DNA of 64,000 nucleotides, taken from Nitrospirota bacterium (GTDB lineage: Bacteria; Nitrospirota; UBA9217). The stretch's first letter is position 1; each line of letters starts with the position of its first letter. A program made the translations under genes and the position numbers. This document shows, one piece after another, positions 51,021-60,753 of the stretch. The notes beneath the pieces were generated by a model. It was not told where the DNA came from, did no database searches, and worked only from the letters and a program-made list of their open reading frames with translations. The stretch spans positions 11,923-75,922 of the forward strand of contig DATJZV010000026.1 of assembly GCA_035498715.1 (NCBI GenBank), given 5' to 3'.

Positions 51021-51295
51021 AGCACGAGGTGTAGAAGGGAGGATGAAAAAAGCACGTGGAAAAACGCCGGAAAAGGCCGAATCGTCATAGGAAAGGCAAA
51101 AGACAGATGGCGCGATTCGCGCGAAAGGCGGGAGACAGGAACGGTACGGGACAAGGCGGAAGATGTGGACAGAAAACTGTGGCAAAAGCGAAAACCTGCT
51201 TAAATAAAAGGAGAGATCCAAAGAACAATAGGCAATTGAAGGCGGAAGCTGAGGACGGACAGATTCAGAGCGCAAGGTGCTGAGCGGAAAACGGT
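51021..51295 (+). other. Purine-rich (~73% A+G), GGA-rich non-coding tract.
   Basis: Pyrimidines counted by hand in 10-mers: 72 of 270 nt. About 15 GGA/GGGA motifs, and recurrent GGCGGAAG and GGACAG units. Confidence 0.6.
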
Positions 51296-51377
51296 TTGTG
51301 AAATTCTGGATTGACGATTGGGCTATGGCTATGAATTATAATTAAGGAAAGGGCCGAATAACACAAGGATAAAAACG

Positions 51378-51746
51378 ATGAAAACGAAAAAGAATCTCAT
51401 CATTGTCGGGGATCGGGTTCTTATCGACCCCGACGAGCGGATGGACAAGACACCTTCGGGGCTTTACCTTCCTCCCACGGTCAAGGAGAAGGAGAAGATC
51501 ATGGGCGGGCACGTGGTAAAGACGGGCCCTGGCTATCCGATTCCTGACTCGACGCCGGACGAGTCGTGGACCACGGGAAGGAAAGAAGTAAAGTACCTCC
51601 CTCTGCAGGCCGCGGAAGGGGATTACGCGATCTTCCTCAAAGACGCTGCGATGGAGATCGAGTTTGAGGAAAAAAAGTATCTCATCGTTCCTCATTCGGC
51701 CATCCTTGCAATCGTGCGTACGGAACTATCAGAAGAAAATGAGTAG
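51378..51746 (+). CDS. GroES (Cpn10)-like protein, stand-alone (no groEL nearby), with an insertion relative to the canonical 95-aa GroES.
   Basis: LIIVGDRVLID...KTPSGLYLP...GHVVKTGPG matches the GroES mobile-loop and core pattern. AAGGA RBS. Confidence 0.55.
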   Translation: MKTKKNLIIVGDRVLIDPDERMDKTPSGLYLPPTVKEKEKIMGGHVVKTGPGYPIPDSTPDESWTTGRKEVKYLPLQAAEGDYAIFLKDAAMEIEFEEKKYLIVPHSAILAIVRTELSEENE

Positions 51747-52075
51747 GAAAGAGCCATGGGCGAAGTCGCCCCAGCTTAGCATGCCAAGCTCCAAGTCCTC
51801 AGGTTAATGCTGCACGATGCCGGATGCCGTGTTCGCACCCTGAGAAATGGATGGTATCAGCCTTTTTTCAATCAACACTTCTCCTTCTGGTTTCAAGATT
51901 TCTCTTGGGCTTGAGCATAACCCAATCTTCAGCGCGGCAGGTTGACATCTGTACCGTCCGCGCTAAAATAAAAATAACAAAGCTTCATTGAGAACTCTTG
52001 TCTGCTATAGGCCCGGACGGCCTTAATGCCTGTGAGAGTAAAGGTTTAAAAGATGATACTTCACCGGAGGAAATC

Positions 52076-54742
52076 ATGAGAGCCAGCAGGATGCGCGTCT
52101 TTTTCACCCTAATTTCACTGTTCCTTCTCGCTCCGTCCCCGGCGCGGACAGCCACCGATGCGGATGTTCTCCGCGCAACGCTCACGAACGGACTGCGGGT
52201 GGTGATTGTGCGGAACACCCTCGCGCCCGTGGTAACTACGGAGGTGAACTACCTCGTAGGATCAAATGAGGCGCCAGACGGGTTCCCCGGCATGGCGCAT
52301 GCCCAGGAGCACATGATGTTTCGAGGCAGTCCAGGCCTGTCCGCGGCTCAGCTCGCGAACATCATCGCCCTAATGGGTGGCGATTTCAACGCGGAAACCC
52401 AGCAGGGCGTTACCCAGTATTTCTTCACTGTGCCCAGCGACGATCTGGATGTTGCGCTCAACGTGGAAGCGGTGCGTATGCGGGGAGTGCTCGACACGCA
52501 GGAGCTCTGGCAGCAGGAGCGTGGAGCCATCGAACAGGAAGTTGCGCAGGACCTTTCGAGCCCAGAGTATATTTTCTCCTCACGCCTCCTTTCGGAGATG
52601 TTCGCGGGTACGCCCTATGCCCATGATGCCTTGGGCACGCGCCCATCGTTCCAGCAGACGACGGGCGCCATGCTCAAGCAGTTTTACGACTCCTGGTACG
52701 CCCCGAACAACGCCATCCTTGTCATCGCGGGAGATGTGGACCCGCAGAAGACGCTGATGATAGTGAATGAGCTGTTCGAACCGATTCCGAAGCGGCCTGT
52801 GCCTCAGCGTCCCCCAATACGCTTGCAGCCGCTCAAACCCGCCGCCATCATGCTCGAGACTGACCTATCCTATGGGCTTGCTATCGTGGCATTCCGCCTG
52901 CCTGGCTTCGAGAGCCCTGACTTCGCCGCGGGCCAGATCCTTGCTGATGTTCTGGACAGCCGACGGGGGGATCTCTACGCTCTTGTTCCAGAGGGGAAAG
53001 CGATCTTCACCGGGTTTGACGGTGGTGCACTTCCGAAAGCTGCCTTCGGGTACGCCCTCGCGTCATTTCCTCCCGGAGGGGATGGCCCGGGCCTGGTAAA
53101 TACAATAAAGAACATCATTGCCGGTTACGTCAAGAATGGTGTCCCCGTTGATCTCGTGGAAGCAGCAAAACGTCATGAGATCGCTGATGCGCAATTTCAG
53201 AAGAACTCCGTATCTGGGCTTGCGGCCGCCTGGTCCGAGGCACTCGCAGTCGAAGGCCGGGATTCTCCGGACGATGATATTGAAGCGATCAAAAAAGTGA
53301 CGGTAGAGGATGTGAATCGCGTGGCCCGAGATTACCTGAAGAACGATACGGCGATCACGGCTGTGCTTGTGCCGCGGCCGTCGGGCAAACCCGTTTCCTC
53401 GAAAGGTTTCGGCGGCAAGGAGTCCTTTGCCCCGAAAGAGACTAAGCCTGTTGAACTTCCTCCATGGGCAAAGAAAACAGAATCATTGCCGCCGGTGCCT
53501 GCGTCTCAGGTAAACCCCGTGGTCTTCACTCTCGCAAACGGGATCCGTTTGATCGTCCAAACGGAAAGTGTAAGCCCTACCATCAGCGTCGTAGGCCGGG
53601 TGAAGAACAATGATGATCTGGAAGAGCCACCAGGAAAAGAAGGGGTCTCCGATGTGCTTGGGAGCCTCCTTTCCTACGGAACCACATCACTCGACAGGCT
53701 TGCATTCCAGAAGGCTCAGGACGACATCGGCGCAGACATTACAGCGGGCACATCTTTCTCCCTGAGGGTCCTGTCGGACTCCTTTGATCGAGGCATGGAA
53801 CTTCTTGCAGACAATCTGCTGCATCCGGCGCTGCCAGAAGCGGCATTCGCCATCGTACAGAAGGAAACGATCAGCTCTCTCCGGGGCCAACTTCAAAGTC
53901 CTGACTATCTTTCGAGGCATACACTGCGCGAAGCGCTCTATCCCAAGAACGACCCTGTGCTTCGCGACCCATCGCCCGAGACGGTATCGTCACTCTCGCT
54001 TCAAGACGTCAAGTCCTATTATGCAAAAGCGTTCCGTCCTGATATGGCGACCATCGTGATCATCGGACACGTGACGCCGGAGCAGGCACGGGGTGTGGTT
54101 GAGAAATACTTCGGTGCCTGGCATGCAGCCGGAACGAAGCCTGCAACGGACCTTCCGCCGGTGCCACCCAACAAACCGTCAGTGTCCACGGTACCCGATA
54201 CAAGCAAAATTCAGGACCAGGTTACGCTTGCAGAGACGATTGGCCTGACGCGCTCCCATCCGGACTATTACAAACTCCAACTCGGCAACCACGTCCTGTC
54301 CGGTGCGTTTTACGCTTCGCGATTGTACCGCGACCTGCGTGAGAATGAGGGCCTGGTCTACACGGTAGAGTCTTTCATTGAGGCGGGGAAGACCCGTTCA
54401 CTCTTCGGCGTCTTTTTTGCCTGCGATCCGCCGAATGTATCAAAGGCGCGGGCCATGGTAGAGCGTAACCTTCGCGAGATGCAGACGATGCCGGTGACGC
54501 AGGAAGAACTGCAATATGCCAAGATCCTCATGCTCCATCGGATCCCTCTCTCTGAAGCGAGCATGGACGGCATTGCTGGGGGGCTGCTCTCTCGCTCGCT
54601 TGAAGACCTCCCGCTTGACGAACCTGTCCTCGCGGCAGGACACTACCTGGAGATCACGGCTGATCAGGTAAGGGATGCCTTTGCCAAGTGGTTACGGCCT
54701 GCCGATTTCGTCCAGATCACGGTGGGACCAAACCCGGAGTAG
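52076..54742 (+). CDS. M16-family zinc peptidase (two tandem M16 modules), secreted.
   Basis: Inverted zinc motif HAQEH (HxxEH) and a signal peptide. GGAGG lies 6 nt before the ATG at 52076. Confidence 0.8.
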   Translation: MRASRMRVFFTLISLFLLAPSPARTATDADVLRATLTNGLRVVIVRNTLAPVVTTEVNYLVGSNEAPDGFPGMAHAQEHMMFRGSPGLSAAQLANIIALMGGDFNAETQQGVTQYFFTVPSDDLDVALNVEAVRMRGVLDTQELWQQERGAIEQEVAQDLSSPEYIFSSRLLSEMFAGTPYAHDALGTRPSFQQTTGAMLKQFYDSWYAPNNAILVIAGDVDPQKTLMIVNELFEPIPKRPVPQRPPIRLQPLKPAAIMLETDLSYGLAIVAFRLPGFESPDFAAGQILADVLDSRRGDLYALVPEGKAIFTGFDGGALPKAAFGYALASFPPGGDGPGLVNTIKNIIAGYVKNGVPVDLVEAAKRHEIADAQFQKNSVSGLAAAWSEALAVEGRDSPDDDIEAIKKVTVEDVNRVARDYLKNDTAITAVLVPRPSGKPVSSKGFGGKESFAPKETKPVELPPWAKKTESLPPVPASQVNPVVFTLANGIRLIVQTESVSPTISVVGRVKNNDDLEEPPGKEGVSDVLGSLLSYGTTSLDRLAFQKAQDDIGADITAGTSFSLRVLSDSFDRGMELLADNLLHPALPEAAFAIVQKETISSLRGQLQSPDYLSRHTLREALYPKNDPVLRDPSPETVSSLSLQDVKSYYAKAFRPDMATIVIIGHVTPEQARGVVEKYFGAWHAAGTKPATDLPPVPPNKPSVSTVPDTSKIQDQVTLAETIGLTRSHPDYYKLQLGNHVLSGAFYASRLYRDLRENEGLVYTVESFIEAGKTRSLFGVFFACDPPNVSKARAMVERNLREMQTMPVTQEELQYAKILMLHRIPLSEASMDGIAGGLLSRSLEDLPLDEPVLAAGHYLEITADQVRDAFAKWLRPADFVQITVGPNPE

Positions 54743-54850
54743 GCGAAACGATCTCTGCCAATCGGATGAGGGCGTTTCCAGGCTTCCTGGCATTCGATGC
54801 AAATGAAGGTCATGGAAAGTCTGACATGGAGGTGAGAATTATCGGCGATT

Positions 54851-54882
54851 GTCAAAAAATACCCCCCCCGTCACGGGGGGGT
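54851..54882 (-). terminator. Rho-independent terminator for sodC.
   Basis: TACCCCCCC-GTCAC-GGGGGGGTA followed on the minus strand by TTTTTT. Confidence 0.7.
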
Positions 54883-54912
54883 ATCATCAAAAATATGCCA
54901 GAAAATCATTTT

Positions 54913-55446
54913 TTATTTGATAATCCCGCATGCTATTCTTGCACCGCCTCCACCCAGTGGTGCTGGCATATCGGAATAGTTGTCACCACCGGCATGGATC
55001 ATAAGCGAACGGCCCATCAGATCGGCAGTCTTGAGCCGCGGGGCGAGAACGGGAGTGTTGGCCATGCCATCAGCCCCGACGTAGAGTGCCGGCAGATCGC
55101 CCAGGTGTCCCTGTCCATAGGGCCCTTCGTGCTTGCCTGATCCTGCAGGATCATAGTGTCCGCCTGCTGCAAGACCCGCTACTTGCTTGCCGTCCTTCAT
55201 GGCCGGGCCGCAGTCAGCATTCTGATGGACATGAAAACCATGAATCCCCGGCATCAGTCCGGTAAGCATCGGGACGAGCAGGATACCGTGCGGAGTATCA
55301 GAGATCACAACTGTGCCAATACTCTTGCCCGCACCCTGATCGGTTATAAGGTTCATCTGAACCACGATATCTCCTGCGAACGCAGCTCCCGAAATCAACA
55401 AAATCAATCCAAGTACAGACATCAGAACTAATAGCTTCTTCTCCAT
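54913..55446 (-). CDS. sodC: Cu,Zn superoxide dismutase, periplasmic.
   Basis: [11 protein letters not shown], His-rich metal ligands, signal peptide. AAAGGAGGG RBS. Confidence 0.9.
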   Translation of the reverse strand: MEKKLLVLMSVLGLILLISGAAFAGDIVVQMNLITDQGAGKSIGTVVISDTPHGILLVPMLTGLMPGIHGFHVHQNADCGPAMKDGKQVAGLAAGGHYDPAGSGKHEGPYGQGHLGDLPALYVGADGMANTPVLAPRLKTADLMGRSLMIHAGGDNYSDMPAPLGGGGARIACGIIK

Positions 55447-55771
55447 AGGTGTTTCCCTCCTTTTGAGTTGTGATTAAGATATGTTATATTATATCACGTG
55501 TCTCATGTACCATGCGATGCTCACTGGTGAGAGAGAGGGCGGGAGAGAACGGGCTGATGCTTGTAGATTAAAACTCAGAAGATGGCCGGTATAGGCATTG
55601 ACTTCCTGGCCTAAGGTGCTAAAATTAATATAGAATTAGTCCTTAAAAGGGACTGGAAATGTCCTGATTTTATGCAATCTTGATTACGGCGAAAGGCCCT
55701 TCGGTGCAGCCATCTGAGGGGGTGGTGAAGCTGAAAGGGCTTTCCGGCCGTAAGACTATTGGCATACGGCC

Positions 55772-57727
55772 ATGAAGATGAACCTAACGCACAAGATACT
55801 GGAAGCCCATTTGATTGAGGGGGAGCTGGTTCCCGGCAAGGAGATTGCCATCAGGATCGATCACACCCTTCTGCAGGACGCAACGGGAACGCTCGCGATG
55901 CTGGAGTTCGAAGCCCTTGGCATAGATCAGGTAAAAGTCGAGCTTGCTGCTCAGTACGTGGATCACAACCTCCTCCAGACGGACAATAAGAATGCTGACG
56001 ACCACAAGTTCCTTCAGACCGCCGCTGCACGGTATGGTATATATTTCAGCAAGCCGGGCAACGGCGTCTCGCACCAAGTCCATATGGAGCGTTTCGCTGT
56101 TCCGGGCAAAACGCTTCTGGGCGCTGACAGCCACACGCCGGGGGCTGCCGGAATATCCATGTTCGGCATCGGCGCTGGTGGTTTAGACGTGGCCCTGGCC
56201 ATGGCTGGTTATCCTTATCATCTGACCTGCCCGAAGGTGCTCGGGGTAAAACTCACGGGCATGCTCCCCGACTGGGTGAGCGCCAAGGACGTGATTCTCG
56301 AGATGCTCCGCAGATATGACGTAAAGGGCTGCGTAGGCAAGATCATCGAATACTACGGTCCGGGGGTGAAGACCTTGTCCGCAACGGACCGCGAGACCAT
56401 CGGCAACATGGGCACCGAGACCGGTGCCACGACCTCGATCTTTCCCTCCGACGAACGGACTAAAGAGTATCTCATCGCCCAGGGAAGGGGCGATATGTGG
56501 GTACGGCTTTCCTCCGACGAGGACGCAGCGTATGACGAGTACGCGGAGATCGACCTTTCGAAGCTGGAGCCTTTAATTGCCAAGCCATCGTCTCCGGGCA
56601 ACGTCGTGCCGGTGCGTGAAATCGCTGGTCTCGAGGTGGGCCAGGCGATCGTGGGCAGCAGCGTAAATTCTTCATTCCGTGACCTTATGGTCGCTGCCAA
56701 GATGCTGGAAGGCCGGCGCGTTCATCCCAATACTTCGTTCCATGTGAATCCCGGAAGCCGCCAGGTGCTCGAGAACGTGTATCAGGCAGGCGGACTATTG
56801 GCTTTTCTGACCTCGGGCGCGCGTGTGCATGAACCCGGGTGTCAGGGGTGCATCGGCATGGGACAAGCACCGGCTACCGGCGAGGTAAGCCTCCGCACGT
56901 TCCCGAGAAATTTTCCAGGCAGGTCGGGGACCAAGGATGACAAAGTATATCTCTGCTCACCCGAGACAGCCACAGCAGCGGCATTAAGAGGCGTGATCAC
57001 AGACCCACAAGACCTCTCAAGAGAAATGAAGTACCCGCGTATTGAAGACCCTAAGCAGTATCTGATCGATGAGAAATCCATCATTTTCCCGTCAGAAAAT
57101 TTGAGGAATACCGAGGTAACTCGCGGGCCGAACATAAAGGCCCTGCCCGAACTTCAGCCCCTTCCTGATACGCTCGAGGCAGACGTTGTGCTCAAGGTGG
57201 GGGACAACATTTCTACAGACACCATCATGCCGGCCGGGAACCGTGTACTTCCTTTCCGGTCCAACATCGAAGCGATCAGCGAATTCGTGTATTCCCAGAT
57301 CGATCCTGATTTTGCGAAAGAATGCAAGGCACGGGGGGCTGTGATCGTCATCGGCGGCGAGAACTATGGCCAGGGGTCGAGCCGCGAACATGCGGCGCTT
57401 GCACCGAGGTTTCTCGGAGTTCGAGCAAAGATTGTGAAAAGCTATGCCCGCATCCATAAGACCAATCTTTGCAACTTCGGCATAGTCCCGCTCACCTTCA
57501 AGGACCCGAAGGACTATGATCGCATCAACAAAGGCACAAAAGTGGTGTTTCCGGATATCAGAGGGCGGATCGAACGGGGTGACCGGGAGATCCCAGCTGT
57601 GGTAGAGGGGCAGACCATCATGACGGTACTGGATGTATCCGAGCGTCAGCGCAAACACCTGCTGGCAGGAGGGGCCTTGAATTTTGTGAAAAATGATTTG
57701 CTAATAGAGGTCTATCCAAAAAGCTGA
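55772..57727 (+). CDS. acn: Aconitate hydratase (about 650-aa aconitase-family form).
   Basis: Aconitase Cys ligands (...CQGCIGMGQAP...) and the swivel domain. A possible TTGACT-16-TAAAAT promoter lies at 55598-55625. Confidence 0.75.
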   Translation: MKMNLTHKILEAHLIEGELVPGKEIAIRIDHTLLQDATGTLAMLEFEALGIDQVKVELAAQYVDHNLLQTDNKNADDHKFLQTAAARYGIYFSKPGNGVSHQVHMERFAVPGKTLLGADSHTPGAAGISMFGIGAGGLDVALAMAGYPYHLTCPKVLGVKLTGMLPDWVSAKDVILEMLRRYDVKGCVGKIIEYYGPGVKTLSATDRETIGNMGTETGATTSIFPSDERTKEYLIAQGRGDMWVRLSSDEDAAYDEYAEIDLSKLEPLIAKPSSPGNVVPVREIAGLEVGQAIVGSSVNSSFRDLMVAAKMLEGRRVHPNTSFHVNPGSRQVLENVYQAGGLLAFLTSGARVHEPGCQGCIGMGQAPATGEVSLRTFPRNFPGRSGTKDDKVYLCSPETATAAALRGVITDPQDLSREMKYPRIEDPKQYLIDEKSIIFPSENLRNTEVTRGPNIKALPELQPLPDTLEADVVLKVGDNISTDTIMPAGNRVLPFRSNIEAISEFVYSQIDPDFAKECKARGAVIVIGGENYGQGSSREHAALAPRFLGVRAKIVKSYARIHKTNLCNFGIVPLTFKDPKDYDRINKGTKVVFPDIRGRIERGDREIPAVVEGQTIMTVLDVSERQRKHLLAGGALNFVKNDLLIEVYPKS

Positions 57728-57783
57728 AATCGCAAGCGGATTGACGAAGTTTCGTAGTTTATGGCTTAAAGAGAAGGTCGAAT

Positions 57784-59004
57784 ATGGCAATGAAAGCGAA
57801 AATAGGAGAAATCACGCAACAAAAACCTGATGAAGTAAGAACAAAGAATATAGGATTGCGCGGTGTGACAGTCGCGGATACGAAGATCTCTGATGTCGAT
57901 GGTGAGAACGGCATTCTTATTTACCGCGGGTATCGGATAGAAGAGCTTGCGGAAAACTCAACCTTCGAAGAGACCGCCTATCTGCTTCTCAATGACGCAC
58001 TTCCCACGGCAGGACAGCTAAACGAATTTTCAAGCCGTCTTGTCGAGGCTCGGCGGACCCCGCGCTTTGTCCTTGAGAGTTTTAAACAGCTGCCGGCCCA
58101 GGCACGGCCCATGGATGTGCTCCAGGCATCGATATCGCTTCTCGCCATGGCCGATCCCGAGCTTGCGCAGGAAACGAGGGATGTAAACGTATCGAAGGCA
58201 ATCCGGCTCATTGCGCAGGTCGCCGCTGTGGTGGCCTCTTGGCATCGGATACGTCAGGGATTGGAATCGCTTCAATCCGATGATGGGCTCTCTCATGCCG
58301 GAAATTTTCTCTGGCAGCTTACGGGGAAGAAACCTGACCGGGAGATGGCGAAAGCCCTCGACACGGCATTGGTGCTCCATGCCGACCATTCATTTAACGC
58401 ATCCACGTTCGCCTGCCGCGAGGTGGTTTCGACACAGGCGCACATATACGCCGGCGTTGCCGCCGGGGTGGGGGCCCTTTCCGGTAGCCTGCACGGCGGC
58501 GCCAATGCGCAGGTTATGAAGATGCTCATGGAATTGCAAAATGAGAAGGACATTGCGGGGTGGGTGAGAAAACAGCTCGACAGCGGCCAGAAGATCATGG
58601 GCATGGGCCATGCGGTGTACAAGACCACCGACCCACGCGCGAAATTCCTGAAAGAGATGTGCAAGCGCCTCGGTAAGAAGCTCGGCCAGGAGCAGTGGTA
58701 CCTCCTGTCCACGCAGATCGAGGAGACCGCGGTCGCCGAGTTCGAGAAGCGGGGCAAGACCACGATCAAACCCAATGTGGATTTCTACAGCGCCCCGGTC
58801 TACCACATGATGGGTATTCCGGGGGATATCATGACCCCGATCTTCGCCATGGCACGAATCGCTGGCTGGACCGCCCATATCATCGAAGAGAAGTTCGCGG
58901 AGGCGCAGGGAAAACCTGCCCTGTATAGACCGTCATCGGACTATATCGGCAACTATTGCGGAAAAACGGGATGCACCTATGCACCGGTTGAGAAGAGAAA
59001 GTGA
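57784..59004 (+). CDS. gltA: Citrate synthase.
   Basis: GHAVYKTTDPRA and catalytic His/Asp. GAAGG RBS. Confidence 0.85.
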   Translation: MAMKAKIGEITQQKPDEVRTKNIGLRGVTVADTKISDVDGENGILIYRGYRIEELAENSTFEETAYLLLNDALPTAGQLNEFSSRLVEARRTPRFVLESFKQLPAQARPMDVLQASISLLAMADPELAQETRDVNVSKAIRLIAQVAAVVASWHRIRQGLESLQSDDGLSHAGNFLWQLTGKKPDREMAKALDTALVLHADHSFNASTFACREVVSTQAHIYAGVAAGVGALSGSLHGGANAQVMKMLMELQNEKDIAGWVRKQLDSGQKIMGMGHAVYKTTDPRAKFLKEMCKRLGKKLGQEQWYLLSTQIEETAVAEFEKRGKTTIKPNVDFYSAPVYHMMGIPGDIMTPIFAMARIAGWTAHIIEEKFAEAQGKPALYRPSSDYIGNYCGKTGCTYAPVEKRK

Positions 59005-59130
59005 CTGTCGCACGGCGCCGTAATTGATCCTTCCTTGCTTGATTCGGAATCCAGTGGTTTCATTTTGAATTCCCTCACTCATGGGAGCGACAGTCAAGAA
59101 GAAGGAAATAAAATAAACGGAGGATGCCAG

Positions 59131-60636
59131 ATGGCAGAGAAGAAGGCAATTAAGAAATTACGCAAACCAGGCAAAGCAGAATACCGCCCCAAACAGGAAC
59201 ACATGGTGTCCTCCAAGCAGGGGGTGAAAAAAATGAAAGCCAGTTCATTGAAATCATTTAAAGAAAAAAGAATGACGATACAGTCAATCAACCCTTACAC
59301 TGAAGAGGTCATGCAAGAGTTCACGCTCATGACGGAGCCTGAGATCAACGAGCAGGTTGTAAAATCCCGTCAGGCGTTCAACCGCTGGAGCGCGCGGCCC
59401 ATTTCGGAGAGAGCCTTCCTGGTCAAACGACTAGGCGAGCATCTGAGGAACGAAAAAAGGAAATACGCGGAAATCATTACTCGCGAGATGGGTAAAACCA
59501 TTAAAGAGTCGCTCGCCGAGGTCGAAAAGTGCGCTTGGCTCTGTGATTACTATGCCGAGAACGCCGAGCGGTTCCTGAAACCTGAGGAGATTAAGACGGA
59601 GAACAGGAAGAGCTATATCATGTTCCAGCCTCTGGGCTTGGTGCTCGCGATCATGCCTTGGAATTTTCCGTACTGGCAGGCGCTGCGGTTTGGGATCCCG
59701 GCAATCATAGCCGGGAATGCGATCCTGCTGAAGCATGCCTCGAACGTCCCGATGACAGCGCTCTCCATCGAGGACGCTTTCATGGTTGCGGGTTTTCCGG
59801 AGAACGTGTTCAAGACCCTGATCATCGATTCAAAGGAAGCGCTCAGGCTTATTGATAACGACAAGGTCGATGCTGTGTCGCTGACCGGCAGCAACAAGGC
59901 CGGCGAAGAAGTCGGCGCTCATGCGGGGGGGAAGATCAAAAAAGTCGTGCTCGAGCTCGGCGGCTCTGATCCTTTCATCGTGCTCGATGATGCCGATGTG
60001 GAAAAGGCGGGCACGATGGCGGCCAATGCAAGAATGATCAATGCTGGCCAGAGCTGCATTGCGGCGAAGCGCTTTATCGTGATGGACAAGGTGGCCGATG
60101 AGTTCAAGAAATATTTCACCGCTCGGCTAAAAGAACTCATTGTCGGCGATCCAATGGACGGGAAAACCGATGTCGGCCCGGTGGCCAAACGGGATATACT
60201 TAATTCTCTGAACGGACAGCTGCGGGACGCGAAGGCAAAAGGCGCGGAGGTGATTCAGCTTGATCATACCTTCAAGAAAGGGCTGTTCTTTCCTCCATGC
60301 GCGGTATATAATCCGACGAAGAACAGCAAGGTCCTGACCGAAGAGGTGTTCGGTCCGATCGCACCGGTCATTATCGTCAAGAATGAGGACGAAGCAGTCC
60401 GCGTGGCCAATGAGACGCAGTTCGGCCTCGGCGCCGCCATCTGGAGCAGAAACCTCGAGCGGGCGGAACGGCTGGCGGCAAGGATCGATGCCGGAACAGT
60501 CACGATAAACGACATGGTGAAGTCAGACCCGCGGCTTCCCTTCGGGGGCATCAAGAAGTCCGGCATCGGCAGAGAGCTGTCGCACTACGGACTGAAGGAG
60601 TTTGTGAATATTAAGACCGTGGTTGTAAAAGAATAG
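59131..60636 (+). CDS. NAD(P)-dependent aldehyde dehydrogenase (succinate-semialdehyde dehydrogenase-like) with a Lys-rich 47-aa N-terminal extension.
   Basis: VVLELGGSDP and catalytic NAGQSCIAAKRF. GGAGG lies 7 nt before the ATG at 59131; an alternative start at 59272 (MTIQSINPY) would give a canonical 454-aa ALDH. Confidence 0.75.
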   Translation: MAEKKAIKKLRKPGKAEYRPKQEHMVSSKQGVKKMKASSLKSFKEKRMTIQSINPYTEEVMQEFTLMTEPEINEQVVKSRQAFNRWSARPISERAFLVKRLGEHLRNEKRKYAEIITREMGKTIKESLAEVEKCAWLCDYYAENAERFLKPEEIKTENRKSYIMFQPLGLVLAIMPWNFPYWQALRFGIPAIIAGNAILLKHASNVPMTALSIEDAFMVAGFPENVFKTLIIDSKEALRLIDNDKVDAVSLTGSNKAGEEVGAHAGGKIKKVVLELGGSDPFIVLDDADVEKAGTMAANARMINAGQSCIAAKRFIVMDKVADEFKKYFTARLKELIVGDPMDGKTDVGPVAKRDILNSLNGQLRDAKAKGAEVIQLDHTFKKGLFFPPCAVYNPTKNSKVLTEEVFGPIAPVIIVKNEDEAVRVANETQFGLGAAIWSRNLERAERLAARIDAGTVTINDMVKSDPRLPFGGIKKSGIGRELSHYGLKEFVNIKTVVVKE

Positions 60637-60753
60637 ATCACAGAAGCGGCAATAACCTGGGAGACACAGCGGAAGTGAAAGAGTGAAACTTAAGCTCCCT
60701 AGTGTCTCCCGTGGCTAATTTTTGTTTTCAATATTTACGAGGTTTGACTATCA

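Noticed and set aside
51056-51283. 75-aa extremely basic ORF (MEKRRKRPNRHRKGKRQ...) and an overlapping minus-strand ORF.
   Set aside because: Artefact of translating the purine-rich tract; any frame gives K/R/E/G-rich peptides.
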